From Schizochytrium sp. TIO01 (Eukaryota; Protista; Bigyra: Labyrinthulomycetes), in contig SMSO01000031.1 of NCBI GenBank assembly GCA_004764695.1, positions 4,316,436-4,380,435 of the forward strand: DNA of 64,000 nucleotides, in the 5' to 3' direction. The notes beneath the pieces were generated by a model. It had not been told where the DNA came from. It did no database searches and was given only the letters and a program-made list of their open reading frames with translations. This document shows positions 38,308 through 49,295 of the stretch, one piece after another; position 1 is the stretch's first letter, and the number at the start of each line of letters is the position of its first letter. The translations under genes and the position numbers were made by a program.

Positions 38308-39078
38308 GACGCGACCACCCAAGACCTTTGAAACGCGGAAACCAAGGTCTAGAAAGCAGCTGCGGACTCTATTCAACGAGGCATGGACTGAACCCGCCCG
38401 ATGGATGCTGATTTCACTCCTGCGTACAGCTAAGCTGCCGCTCTTTTGCTCGTCGCGGTAGACTCTGGCGCAGAAATTTTGAACCAGACAATAAGGAAAG
38501 TGAACATAGAAATGAAGAATATCCGTTGAGAGCTATCGTGCACGATATATTTGTAAATATAATTTTTTATGTCATAAGATTTTTGTTTTTGTTTAATTTT
38601 AATTAATTTAAAAATAATTAACTAGGTATCTCTCCAAGTTGGTACTAAGATCCTGGTTAGTACGAGTACAGAGCTCAAATGATTTTAAATTAAAAAGCTT
38701 TAACTTCCTTGCAAAAGTTCTTAATTCTTCTCAGACTACAACCGTGGTGCCTAGTACCTAGGTACCTCTTGTGTGACCAGAAAAGGTATCGTGTGAAGGC
38801 GAACATAGACATTCAAGATATGAGAGATGCAGGATGTAAAAGTGCAAAAGGAGACAGCTTTGGACTAAGTCCTTCTTTCCTTTTTCAATTTTCTCATCAC
38901 GACAAGATAAATATCTATCCAAAAAGACACCTGTTCGGGTGATTCAATTGTGTAGGGGAAGAGTTGAATGGATACCTCTTTCTCTAAGTTGAGCTTCCGA
39001 TTTAGACTTGTCGGAATGTGTATAAGCCGAGTCTAGAAACAAGAAATGGATGTCAACATTTAAAGATAACTTTTTACC

Positions 39079-39766
39079 TTACATCTTCGAGCGTTGCTTA
39101 TCAAGCATTTTCTTGAAAAAGCCAAAGACTTTATGAGTCTCCTGATGCTTAGGAAGCTTCTCCAGGCGCTGAATCCAGCTCTCAACAGCAGGGTACTTGG
39201 AGAAGTCGAAGAGGGCAAGGTTGTGGCTTGCACACTGACCAAGATCCTCGTAGCAGGCGATATCTGCAAGGGTAAGGGAGTCACCAACAAGAAAGTCCGC
39301 CGTGCTAAGCTGGTCATTCATAATTTGGCAGGCATTCTCAGCCTTGCGGATGTTCCCCTTGATTTCCACCTCGTTAAACTTAATATCTGGCCGGAAGTGA
39401 GGTCCAAAGACACCAAAGGTAAGGACGCGCGTGTTGTGGTGATGCCAATGAAGCCACTGCTGAATCTTGGCACGCTTCACAATATCTTGAGAGGGGTAAA
39501 GATCCTCGAGTTTGTACTTTTCCGCAATGTACGTCAGGATGGCGTTGGACTCCCAGAGAATCATTCCATTTTCTGTATCCTCAATGGCCGGAACATTGCC
39601 TGTAGGCACCTTAGCGAGGTACGAGGCGCTTCTAGATCCGAGTGGTTTTTCATTCTTAGAGCCAGGCATTGTCTCTACCATTTCATACGGGATTTCCCTT
39701 CATCGCAAGAAGCCACATAATCGCGCGAGCAGGCTGGCTGCCAGCGACGCCGTAAAGCTTGAGCAT
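39079..39766 (-). CDS. GST: Glutathione S-transferase, theta-like (about 228 aa), with +1 frame break at about 39686-39700
   Basis: N-terminus MLKLYGVAGSQPARAIMWLLAMK (ATG 39766, absent from the ORF track) stops at TGA 39685-39683. The +1 frame continues IPYE...PTGNVPAIED...LWESNAILTYI...FLVGDSLTLADI. Confidence 0.9.
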
Positions 39767-40838
39767 CTTGAGCAAGAGCAAGCGGCACTTCTGCAAGAGT
39801 CTTTACCTCCGAACTTCTCCACCTCAGGCTGTTTCCCACTCAATGAGCTCCCGCGTTGGACGAAACGTGGAGGTCACGAGCCTCAATATCTCAGCTTGCT
39901 ACTTTGATGTTGCGGTTTTGGTTCTTGACACAGCCAGCTAGATCTGAGTCGGCTTCGGTAAAACCTCTTTGATTAACACAATCTTCGCCACTAGTGTTTA
40001 CGATAGATAGCATTAATATCATCAATCCGCTCATGCCACCCCTCGAGGTCCCAAGTAAACTCGATACTACCAGTGTGAGGTGCGGGGTGGACTCGTTCCA
40101 GGATTCTACTTTATTTAGGTCCAGTCATTGATATACTTTATACTGGGAACTATAAAATCCTTTCTCGCATGAATTCTGATAATTAGATAGCACCTCCACC
40201 TCCTCGGGCAGCTTCTCAAAACAATTTCCTACTAGTGTCCACTTCGAACCCAGACAATGGGTCCTACCCCTGCATCCTTTAGCCCCTTTAAAAAAATGAA
40301 AAACTACAATTAAAAGACCTATTTGGCGAAGGTTTTTGACCCTGGTGTTGCTTACATAAGTAGTAATGGGTTAGCGTCGCAGATATTGTTTACTGTATAG
40401 TGGAGTGCTTTTATTTTATGCATGATAGTATTGATTGGCGGTGCTGAGTTGAGATTTCTAAATCTTTTTCTGCAGAATTCTCTCTTGGTACCACAGCAGT
40501 TGGAGCTAATTGACGTATCAATTTTGATTACGTCCCATTTTGTATTATATGACTCCTTTCTTTGAGCGATGATTGGTGTTGAATTGATTGAATTTCATTT
40601 TAACGTTGGTTTTCAAGTTAATGTGTTATCATTCGTGGTTAGCTAGCTACCTTAAGTAATCTTCGTTGAGCCACTTAAATTCAATCTATCGCTCCCAAAC
40701 CTTCTCCAGAGCGTCGCCGGAGCCTCGCGCTGGAGCCTTCCTTCTCGGTCATCTTCATTATTGTTTTCTTTGTCGAACTTCTCTCCTCTATCTTCAGTCC
40801 ACGTTAGGCCTTCTCGGCTCGATCAATCTCACCCAAAG

Positions 40839-41960
40839 ATGGCAATGGTACTTGCTGACGACGGCTTCGGCCATCCTGCTAATTCTGGAGCCCTTACTGT
40901 GTCGCCAGCTGGTGCAGAGGTCCCCACGAAGCCTCTATGGGAACATGTTGTTCCTGCAGCTACTTGCTGCAAGTTATTGCCTGGCAGTGCTCTCACGGGC
41001 TTGCCGGTGTCTCTTTGTGTTGGCACCTCCTCTGGTCGTCTTCAGATTTGGGGCGAAGACGACGCACAGCACATCGCGCAACACTCCATGAATGATTCCA
41101 TTTCCTGCATCTCCGTGCTTACAGCACGCCAGGAACTACCTGTGATTGCCGCAGGTGATAACTCTGGCAACGTGGGCATGTTCAGGTTGCAGGCTTTAGG
41201 AGATGATGCCGATGTTGGAGACATGGATGAGGATAGTGATGAGGGAGCAGATAGGAGTGGAGCATCGCAGCCGCTGGTAAATTTAGGACGATTAGATCTC
41301 TATGACTCGTGCACTACAACGGTAGCAATGAACCCGTTCCGCTCAGGAGTTGCAGCATCAGGGTCTGAGGACGGTAGAATGAATATGCTATACCTTGGGG
41401 AGACTCTGCAGACGGATGGCATTAGGTCAGAGGACTCAGCATGTGTCAATGACATTGTGTTCTGGACTCCAGATGCTATAGTAGTGGCTGGGTCCAACCC
41501 GGGTGGTTTACTCCGCACCTGGGATGCGCGTGCTCCGGACTCCATGCAGGTCCTGCCGGGGGCGGTGGGTGCAAACGCACGAATGACATCATTGGCTGTG
41601 CACCCAAGCGTGCCGTACCAGCTTGCATGTGGTGATGATGCAGGTGGCATTTCCCTTTGGGATCTTCGCACAGGGCGCTGCGCAGGGCGTCATGTGACAC
41701 ATCAAGAGACTGTAACAAGCCTTGTCTATCATCCTGACCGCCCACAGGTCCTACTCAGCGCATCCGATGATGGCATGGTGCGCGCTTTGAACACCCACTT
41801 TCCCAGAGAGAGCATGCAGGCCCCGCTGTATTCGTTTAATGGTCTTGCATGCACAGGGATTGATGTTTGCGGCGACGAACTGTCTGGTCCTCTGCTCATG
41901 GCTGCCGGGGAGAATGAGACTGTAACTCTTACACCACTCTACCAGATTCTGAGAATGTAA
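40839..41960 (+). CDS. WD40 protein, Nup43-like nucleoporin
   Basis: WD repeats; SLAVHPSVPYQLACGDDAGGISLWDLR and YHPDRPQVLLSASDDG resemble Nup43. First ATG at 40839. Confidence 0.7.
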   Translation: MAMVLADDGFGHPANSGALTVSPAGAEVPTKPLWEHVVPAATCCKLLPGSALTGLPVSLCVGTSSGRLQIWGEDDAQHIAQHSMNDSISCISVLTARQELPVIAAGDNSGNVGMFRLQALGDDADVGDMDEDSDEGADRSGASQPLVNLGRLDLYDSCTTTVAMNPFRSGVAASGSEDGRMNMLYLGETLQTDGIRSEDSACVNDIVFWTPDAIVVAGSNPGGLLRTWDARAPDSMQVLPGAVGANARMTSLAVHPSVPYQLACGDDAGGISLWDLRTGRCAGRHVTHQETVTSLVYHPDRPQVLLSASDDGMVRALNTHFPRESMQAPLYSFNGLACTGIDVCGDELSGPLLMAAGENETVTLTPLYQILRM

Positions 41961-42608
41961 CAAACACGATGACTATTTTGAAAGGGACTACTGTGAACAA
42001 GTATATCAATTTATGCTGCTCCTCTAGGTTGTTCAATCTCTTGTTATTTTTTACGTTTCTATGCCTCTTCTTGGACGTCTTTCCTCATTTTTATGGCCCA
42101 TGGCTAGTTGCTTAGTTATAGCACAATACCACGTATGGCTTACACATCTAGGCTGTACCTTGCCGGAAAACGAGATAGTACAAGTTTTCCTATGAGAAGT
42201 GCAGAAGGGCTGGATCTGATGGAAACTTGAGCATCTTGGCATGAAATCTTTATGTCATGAAAATAACAAGAACTACTTACAAGATTTATATAATAACTCT
42301 GAGAAGTAAGGCATGGCATAGCAAGCCACATATAATAACGAAGATGACTTGACTTTTTTCAAGATAAGAAAAACATATATGTACGTTTGAGTTGTATTTA
42401 TATTTATGCTGGAGCATTACATCCATTTACATTTGGCTCAGCTATTAACCACGTAGAATGCAACTCTTAAATTATACATTTGAGGTGAGCGACTAATCAG
42501 AATAACCACCACTTCTTAATTTTTCAAATAAAATTACAGTAAACTCCAAGGCTAATAGGCATCATGGGTTTTGTAGTACATCAATGATTGACTCAACAGA
42601 ATACAGCA

Positions 42609-44013
42609 TTAACGGGTCGCTGGTTGCTTGTTCTCCTGTGAATCAAAGTAGTTCGAAAGAAGCCTTGCCAAAAGGGTTGTTTTTGGTCGCGATGGTCTCA
42701 TAGAAGCGTTGGTGAGCTGTAGGCTTACATCTGGGGTTCCTTCATCACCTTCGTGCGTCCGAGACACCATTGAACTTCCTGCAAAATCTGTAGAGCTCCG
42801 CGCAGCAAGAGACGCGCTTGATTTCTTGCGCATGTCTCCCCTGAACTTATCTCCTACTGCTAGAAGTCGACCGTCACCACTTTCAGTAATAACTATAACT
42901 GTACCACGCGTTAGTTCCGTCTCCGAAAGACCCCTTTCATTATCTACCCCCTCAGATATGATAGTGGGAAGCCCATCATGATGACCTTGCGCTTGTTCAA
43001 TAATCAAGGTACGAACTACTACCCGCGCTGTCAGTGGGATGGTAAGCCACACAATCGGTAAAAGGTAGTCATAGTATGTGCGCAATAAGGGAATTGCAGC
43101 AAAGCAAATGTAGATCACCATTTGGCTAACAGAATGAAGGAACACATGGTTTTGAACTGATTCCATGCGTTCTTTTGTTTGCTTGATTTCGATGGATTGC
43201 AGTTGGCGATAGGCATCATCGAGTTGTATGATAAGAGTGCGTTTTAAGTGAATGGCCTGCATTGCTATAATGGCTAAAATAAGTGCAGTTCCTCCCATAC
43301 AGGCAATCCAAGTAACGACATCGACACGACGGTTATTGACACCATATGCGACAAAAACAAGTGCCCCAACAACCCAGTGGCTACTTATCATAGACCACGT
43401 TGAGAAGACGCCGCGTGACATAATATTTTGAGCGCCTGGCACATGCTTTTTTTACTAATGTGGAAATCAACGCAGGCTGATATAAGCTGGAACATACATA
43501 GAAAGTTGAGCGCCCAAACCACCAGAGCAGAGTTGGGGCGAGGTCTTCTCCTACGTGCTGAGTAGTCGGATAAATCAACATTAGCACACAACAGCTGCAT
43601 AAAATCGGGGAGGTAATGAAGAAATAAATCAAGAGTGTGAAGAGCGTGGTGTGCTCTGTGATGCGTCTTGGCTTGCGGAATTTAGACATTTTGATTGTTT
43701 GTGATTGATAAAATTTGCGTAATGTCCGTAAATATGAAGGTAGATATGCACAGTATACGAGTAATAAATTAAGAAGGAGGAAACCCCAAAGGGCGCGTAT
43801 GGCTGTCGCGTTAAGGTGACAGTCCATGCCCGCTGCCGAAACCCAGTCAGACGCCCCTGTCCAGCCAGGTTGACATAAGCATTGATATTCTGAGGATGCC
43901 CCCAATGCAGCGTTAATCAGCGCATCAGTACTATTAACATGCACACACTCTCCGTGGCCTGAGCAGGCCATACTAGGCTTTGCAGAAACATGTTCTCCTG
44001 TACACTGATACAT
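42609..44013 (-). CDS. EGF-like domain plus seven-transmembrane (GPCR-like) protein, about 467 aa, with +1 frame break at 43381-43453
   Basis: EGF motif CSGHGEC...CLCQPGWTG. Three hydrophobic helices lie in the upstream ORF and four in the +1 ORF, followed by a Ser/Thr-rich tail. Confidence 0.7.
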
Positions 44014-46619
44014 GTCCTGCGAATTCGCGTTTAATTATTAGAGTTTTGCACGTAATAGTGTCGCGAGGTTTCCCTAATAGATAGGTCTGCGAACAGCTTG
44101 CACCTGCTCTAGCCTAAATAGAGTTTATTTTGAGACTAGGGAAAGTTGATGCTGCGTGTAAAAAATAAGATCCTAGTTCGTGGACACACCTCTATGGATG
44201 ATGAACGAACAATCTGGGACGGCAAAAGCGGATCCGTGGATTCAGAATTGCACCGACTTTTCAGCTAAGCGAAGAGAAGGATTTACGATTTTCGAATCGC
44301 GTGTTTCTACCTTCGCCCCTCTAAGGGTTCTTTTAAGCAGGGAGTATTCGTTTGGCACAAATACACCCAGCGGTTGCAGTTAATTGAATAATAGTTGTTC
44401 TTAGAATTCACTCAGCAGCTCAGCTTTAGGTAAGCGACTCTCCTGCCAATCAAGCAGTGTGCCGTGCTCTTCTACTGCACCCTCCTGTTATCACTCCTAC
44501 TCCTCCAAAAGCCTGATGGTTCTAGTCTCGTGGATAGGTACTCCGAAGGATCTATTTCAGCGAACTGAATACTTCAGTACGTGTGTGAATCGCTTCACGA
44601 TTGCTCCGCACAATCTTCGATCAATCAGGTAGGCACTGCCTACAGCCAGATAGTGGGGAGACTTGCTATTTATTTGGCGACCAGAAGACCTCTTGAATAT
44701 TTATATTTGCACACGTGCCTCTGAGGTAACTGTGGCGGCTGTATATACTGGTCTAACAGTTGTAAATAAAGGATACCTACTTTCAAAAAAAATAAAACCT
44801 CCAATCAAGCCGCTTAAAGCGCAGATGAATACAAGATTTCGGTATCTTTTCTCTCCTGGAGTGATCCCTGTTAAGTACACCCGCCTTCAAACAACCTACG
44901 CTAAGCGTAAATCGTTATCCAGATCAAACTGCTGCACGTTGCGGCCTTCCCTGTGGCTTCCTGCTCCTTGAAGATGCAAAACAGGGCAACCAATTCACAG
45001 CTTTTCCTAGTTCTTCAGAAGATCTGAAGCCGGGGAACGATCATTCAATACTAAGAAGAGCACTTTACGAGCGAAGTAATGGGGAATCGCTTCGCTGCTC
45101 CCAGTGTCTGTGTCGTTCCTCTCGCTTTCTATACTTGCCAAACTAGAAAAATAGTTTGATCCTAAATGTTGAATAACTGAGCGAATCGTGTTCCACGCGC
45201 CCCGAAATGGATCGACGAGTCAAACTAAATTAGTCCAGGCAGTCAAGCAGCTGGGTAAGCCTTTCAGTTCAGGTTATAGTTGAAGATTCCTCTTCCTCAG
45301 CCCGCTCGCTGGCACCAAATAGCGAGCGAGCGAGTGAGGGTCCGTACCAAGGTACCACGAGGAGTACGTCGGAGCCGCAGTATTATTGAACTGCACACAA
45401 CAAATATACAGAGACTAGTACCATTATTTCATTCTCTCTTTCTTTTTCTTTCTCCAATTCATTTCTTTCTTAAGTCGCGGAAATCATAAAACCTGTACCA
45501 CTCCTTGCAAGACTAACCAAAAGCAACGAGCACGAGCAAACCCCTCGAGACACAGGCCCATTCGATCTTGACAGCGGGTGTCGAAGAGGAAGCTAGTGAT
45601 CAACGGAGAAGAGCGTCTCCACTAAGTTCGAAAGAGCTCTGGTATTTATTCCTCTGGAAAAAAGGACTCCTAGGTAGAAAAGGATCAGCACCAGCGAAAA
45701 GCCCTTGTGTTTCTTGAATAACAACTGCTAGGTACTGGGCAGAGTGTCATAGTCTGGAGGCCTTGTGTCTGCGAACTCTGGCTCGACTTTTAGCAAAAGC
45801 AAAAGTACCTTTGATTGAATGGTTGATTCAACACGATTGCAGAGTGATGGAGTGCAAAGTGTGCACTGCACCTAATCGTCATTCACTAGGTAGGTAAGTT
45901 GCAAGGCTATTATTATGGTAACTAGAGATCAAGTGTTCATTCACAGCAACGCTGGCAATGATGACAATTGGAAGGTTATGAAACGGGAACTATTTTAGTA
46001 GGTTTGCAGAGGCGGAGACTCTTCTCGCAAAATGAACCTCCCTCTCTCCCTGATTCAATCCTTAATTATGGAGACTTTTTAAAGTTTTTCTGCTAAAGCC
46101 TGAATGTGGTTCTCTTTGTAAGAATAGAATGAAATATAGAACCACTCTATTATGAGCGCGAAAAGCAACGAGTGAGTGCACCTCAATTGCATTGAGGCAA
46201 GCCAATTGTCATCCATTGCTGACTATTGTAGTAAATAAGCAGGTCTGATATTTAAAAGAAAATATGATATTTATTCATAGAAAGGTTTTGTTGTTGTCGA
46301 TCTTCATTGATAGGTTTAGCTGCACTAAATTCGTTTACGTCTTTGTCATCGTCATTGAGGGCCGCGGGTACAATAATAAAGATTGTACTACTACTACAAG
46401 GCATGTATTTTTCTAGCAACAACAAAGAGAGACATGTTGAAAAGGAGGTGAGTCAGGTTTCCGTTCATATCAGTGGTGTCCCGGTACCAAATGTGCCAAG
46501 ACGAGTTATTTGTTGCTTGTAATTCTTGCAAGCAACTCCTCTCCCAGGTAGCTAATAGACACATGTATGAATGTATATATGCATGTATGGTATGGTGGTA
46601 TCGCATGAAATGGCAATCC

Positions 46620-49295
46620 TTAAGCAGCAGTAGTCTTGGCAGCTACTTGGAGGGACTGCTCTTTTTGAGTTTTAGTGGTGGCACTATCTGTGGCTTGAGA
46701 ACTGTTGGGACTGCTATCGGCTGCACGCACGCCAGCTTCGCCTGTCAAGGTGGCCTGAGCATCGTTGGCGTTGGCCATGTTGGAATTGTTCGAGTTGTTC
46801 ATAGGAGAGACAGCCACAAGCGCAGCCTCGAGCGCCTCAATAGAGAAATCAAATTCCTGAAAGTTGGAGGCATTGGGCGTCTGCGATGGCATCTGGAAGC
46901 CAGACATGTAAGAATCATTGCGGCCAAAAATCGCATTGCTCTGGGGCGCACCGTTGCCGCTACCAAAATAAGAATTTCCGTTGCTACTTCCATTAGAACC
47001 ACCAGCATGCTGGGAGTAAACGTTTGACTGGTTCTGGCCTTGTGCTGATCCATCTTGTTCAAGATTACGGGACTGCTGGCTCTGATGCTGCGGCGTACGA
47101 GCGCCCCACTTGCTAAAGAGAGGAGTGTTCCGGGCAGAGAGCAGCGGTGCGAGAGGAGAATTTACATCAAACCGAGGAGAAAACAGCTGCGAGCCACCCT
47201 GTGCAGGAGTGGGTGGCGCGATGAACATATTTGCAAAGCTGGAGTAGTTTCCGAACATTGGTGAGCCAATCACGCCCTGCGACAGGTTGAGGCCGGCCAT
47301 TTTTGGGCTCAATTGACCAAGAAGGCTCACGGCTTCTGCAGAAGCTGGGGTCAGCTTGGCCAACGATCCGAGTTCAAAGTCTGCCATACCACGGGATGTG
47401 TTCGGGAAAGTTTCAACTTGGAGATCCGGGCGTTTTACAATGCCCTGCTTAGCCTTTACGGTGCGGCGCTGCTTCACAGGCTTGCCCACACTGAGCTGTT
47501 TGGAAGGGTTGGGGCGTTTAAGACCGCCCATGGACTTCTCTGGGAGGCTGTCACTGCTGATGGCTCTCAACTTCCGTGACGAGCTGTCCATTCCTTTTCC
47601 CTTGGGCATTGTGCCAAGCCCTTGATGCAATCCAAGAGTCTTGGGTCCGAGATCCTGTGAAAGAATTGTCGGCGGTGGTGGTGGCGGCAAGTTCATGTTC
47701 TCAACTTCACTGGACATCTTCATACCAGAGCCGTTTCCACTGGAAGAATCGTGCGACAGTTGCATGGATGAAGATGAAGACACAGAGTATGCAGGATTTT
47801 CTGCGTTAGCACCATTGGCGGAGCCAATAGGGTTCAAAGGCATGCGGGTAGCCTTGTTGTTACTGCTGTTGATAAGGTTGTTTGTGTTCATACGGTTCTG
47901 GTCCTCAGCTTCAAGAACAGGGGACGCTGACGAAACGGAGAGAGTTGAAGCTGGGGTATGATCGTGACGAAGGTCCCCGCATAAAGAAGGTGGGTCATCG
48001 AGCACAAGTGCATCTTCGCTTTCTTTCTCTTCCTCATCCTGGTCCAATTTATCACAGAAATCCATGCCCTCCTCAGGCTGTTTGGGAAGAATCTTGCCGT
48101 TCTTTGTGATGATCACATGCTTAAGAAGTGGGTGGTCGGGCATTTCTGCGCCAGTTTCTGCTGCACGAGCTGCCTGGCGAGCAAGGCGGCGCATTGTTGA
48201 GTAGTAGCGGTTCTTGATTGCATTATCAGTGCGTCCGTGCACATACTTGGCAATTTCCGCCCACTGGTTACCAAGCTTGGCGTGGTACTCAAAGATAATC
48301 CGGTCTTCCTCCTTAGTCCAAGTGCCCTTCTTGACGTCCGGGTTGAGATGGTTATGCCAGCGCTCGCGGCACTGCTTTCCAATTCGGCCAGGGAGCTCGG
48401 CAGCAATAAGAGACCAAGATTTAGCTCCAAGACGTTGTACGGTAGCATGCAAAGTGCGGTCCTCCTCGGCGCTCCACGGGCGCTTGGAAAGCGACTTCTC
48501 TTCTTTACCACCAATGTGCATGAATGCGAATTTCTTGGCATTGTGGTTGTTATTGTTCTCGTTGGGCGAAGGTGACATCAAGCTTGAAGCGTGGTGCAGG
48601 TGAGCACGTGCGTGGTGATGTGAGTGCATATACGGCAACCTTGCGTGGTCGTAAAACATTTTTGAGCCTTGGCTCTGAGAGTGGAGTTGTGCATTCATAA
48701 TGGAGGACATTCCCGCAGATCCACTGTTGTTAGAGTAGCCATGGTGCTGCGCCATGACAATACGATTGGAAGCACCATTCATTCCAGATGATCCATGGCC
48801 ATGCATGGATGAAAACTGCTGTTGCGAATGGTGGTGGTGGTGTTGCTGGTGGTGGTGATGGTGCTGCTGCTCATGCGAATATTGGTGATGATAATGGTGC
48901 TGGTGTTGGTGCTGATGGTGCTGGTGATGCATATGATGTTCACGGTTCATGGTTGACGACATGGAGAGGCTAGCGATACTGTCTTTGTTTTGCTGGGTGG
49001 AAAGTGGCAACAAGTAGCTCCGTGATTGCATAGCAATCGGTCCGAGCTTGAGCCTAGAAGCGGTAAGAACTGCAGCGAGAGGTGCTGATGATGAAACCGC
49101 GTTTGAAGAGCTCAACTGCGTTGAGTTGGTCGTCGAAGTGGTGGTACTGCTGGTGCTCGCCACGCTTACCTCGGCACCGAGGTCTGCACGTTTCGAGCTT
49201 GCACTTGCGCTGGCGGTGGCAAAGGGCTTTGTATCCGTCGAGTTCGGGTGATTGTTCGAGCGCTCCTTGGAGTCTGCGTCGTTTGCCATTGACAT
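46620..49295 (-). CDS. R2R3-type MYB transcription factor with His/Gln-rich N-terminal region
   Basis: KRPWSAEED...[17 protein letters not shown] and KGTWTKEED...GNQWAEIAK...[11 protein letters not shown]; 891 aa. Confidence 0.93.
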   Translation of the reverse strand: MSMANDADSKERSNNHPNSTDTKPFATASASASSKRADLGAEVSVASTSSTTTSTTNSTQLSSSNAVSSSAPLAAVLTASRLKLGPIAMQSRSYLLPLSTQQNKDSIASLSMSSTMNREHHMHHQHHQHQHQHHYHHQYSHEQQHHHHHQQHHHHHSQQQFSSMHGHGSSGMNGASNRIVMAQHHGYSNNSGSAGMSSIMNAQLHSQSQGSKMFYDHARLPYMHSHHHARAHLHHASSLMSPSPNENNNNHNAKKFAFMHIGGKEEKSLSKRPWSAEEDRTLHATVQRLGAKSWSLIAAELPGRIGKQCRERWHNHLNPDVKKGTWTKEEDRIIFEYHAKLGNQWAEIAKYVHGRTDNAIKNRYYSTMRRLARQAARAAETGAEMPDHPLLKHVIITKNGKILPKQPEEGMDFCDKLDQDEEEKESEDALVLDDPPSLCGDLRHDHTPASTLSVSSASPVLEAEDQNRMNTNNLINSSNNKATRMPLNPIGSANGANAENPAYSVSSSSSMQLSHDSSSGNGSGMKMSSEVENMNLPPPPPPTILSQDLGPKTLGLHQGLGTMPKGKGMDSSSRKLRAISSDSLPEKSMGGLKRPNPSKQLSVGKPVKQRRTVKAKQGIVKRPDLQVETFPNTSRGMADFELGSLAKLTPASAEAVSLLGQLSPKMAGLNLSQGVIGSPMFGNYSSFANMFIAPPTPAQGGSQLFSPRFDVNSPLAPLLSARNTPLFSKWGARTPQHQSQQSRNLEQDGSAQGQNQSNVYSQHAGGSNGSSNGNSYFGSGNGAPQSNAIFGRNDSYMSGFQMPSQTPNASNFQEFDFSIEALEAALVAVSPMNNSNNSNMANANDAQATLTGEAGVRAADSSPNSSQATDSATTKTQKEQSLQVAAKTTAA

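Noticed and set aside
10826-44013. All six frame breaks fall in minus-strand genes
   Set aside because: About two thirds of the coding sequence here is minus-strand, so the chance is roughly 0.1; not significant.
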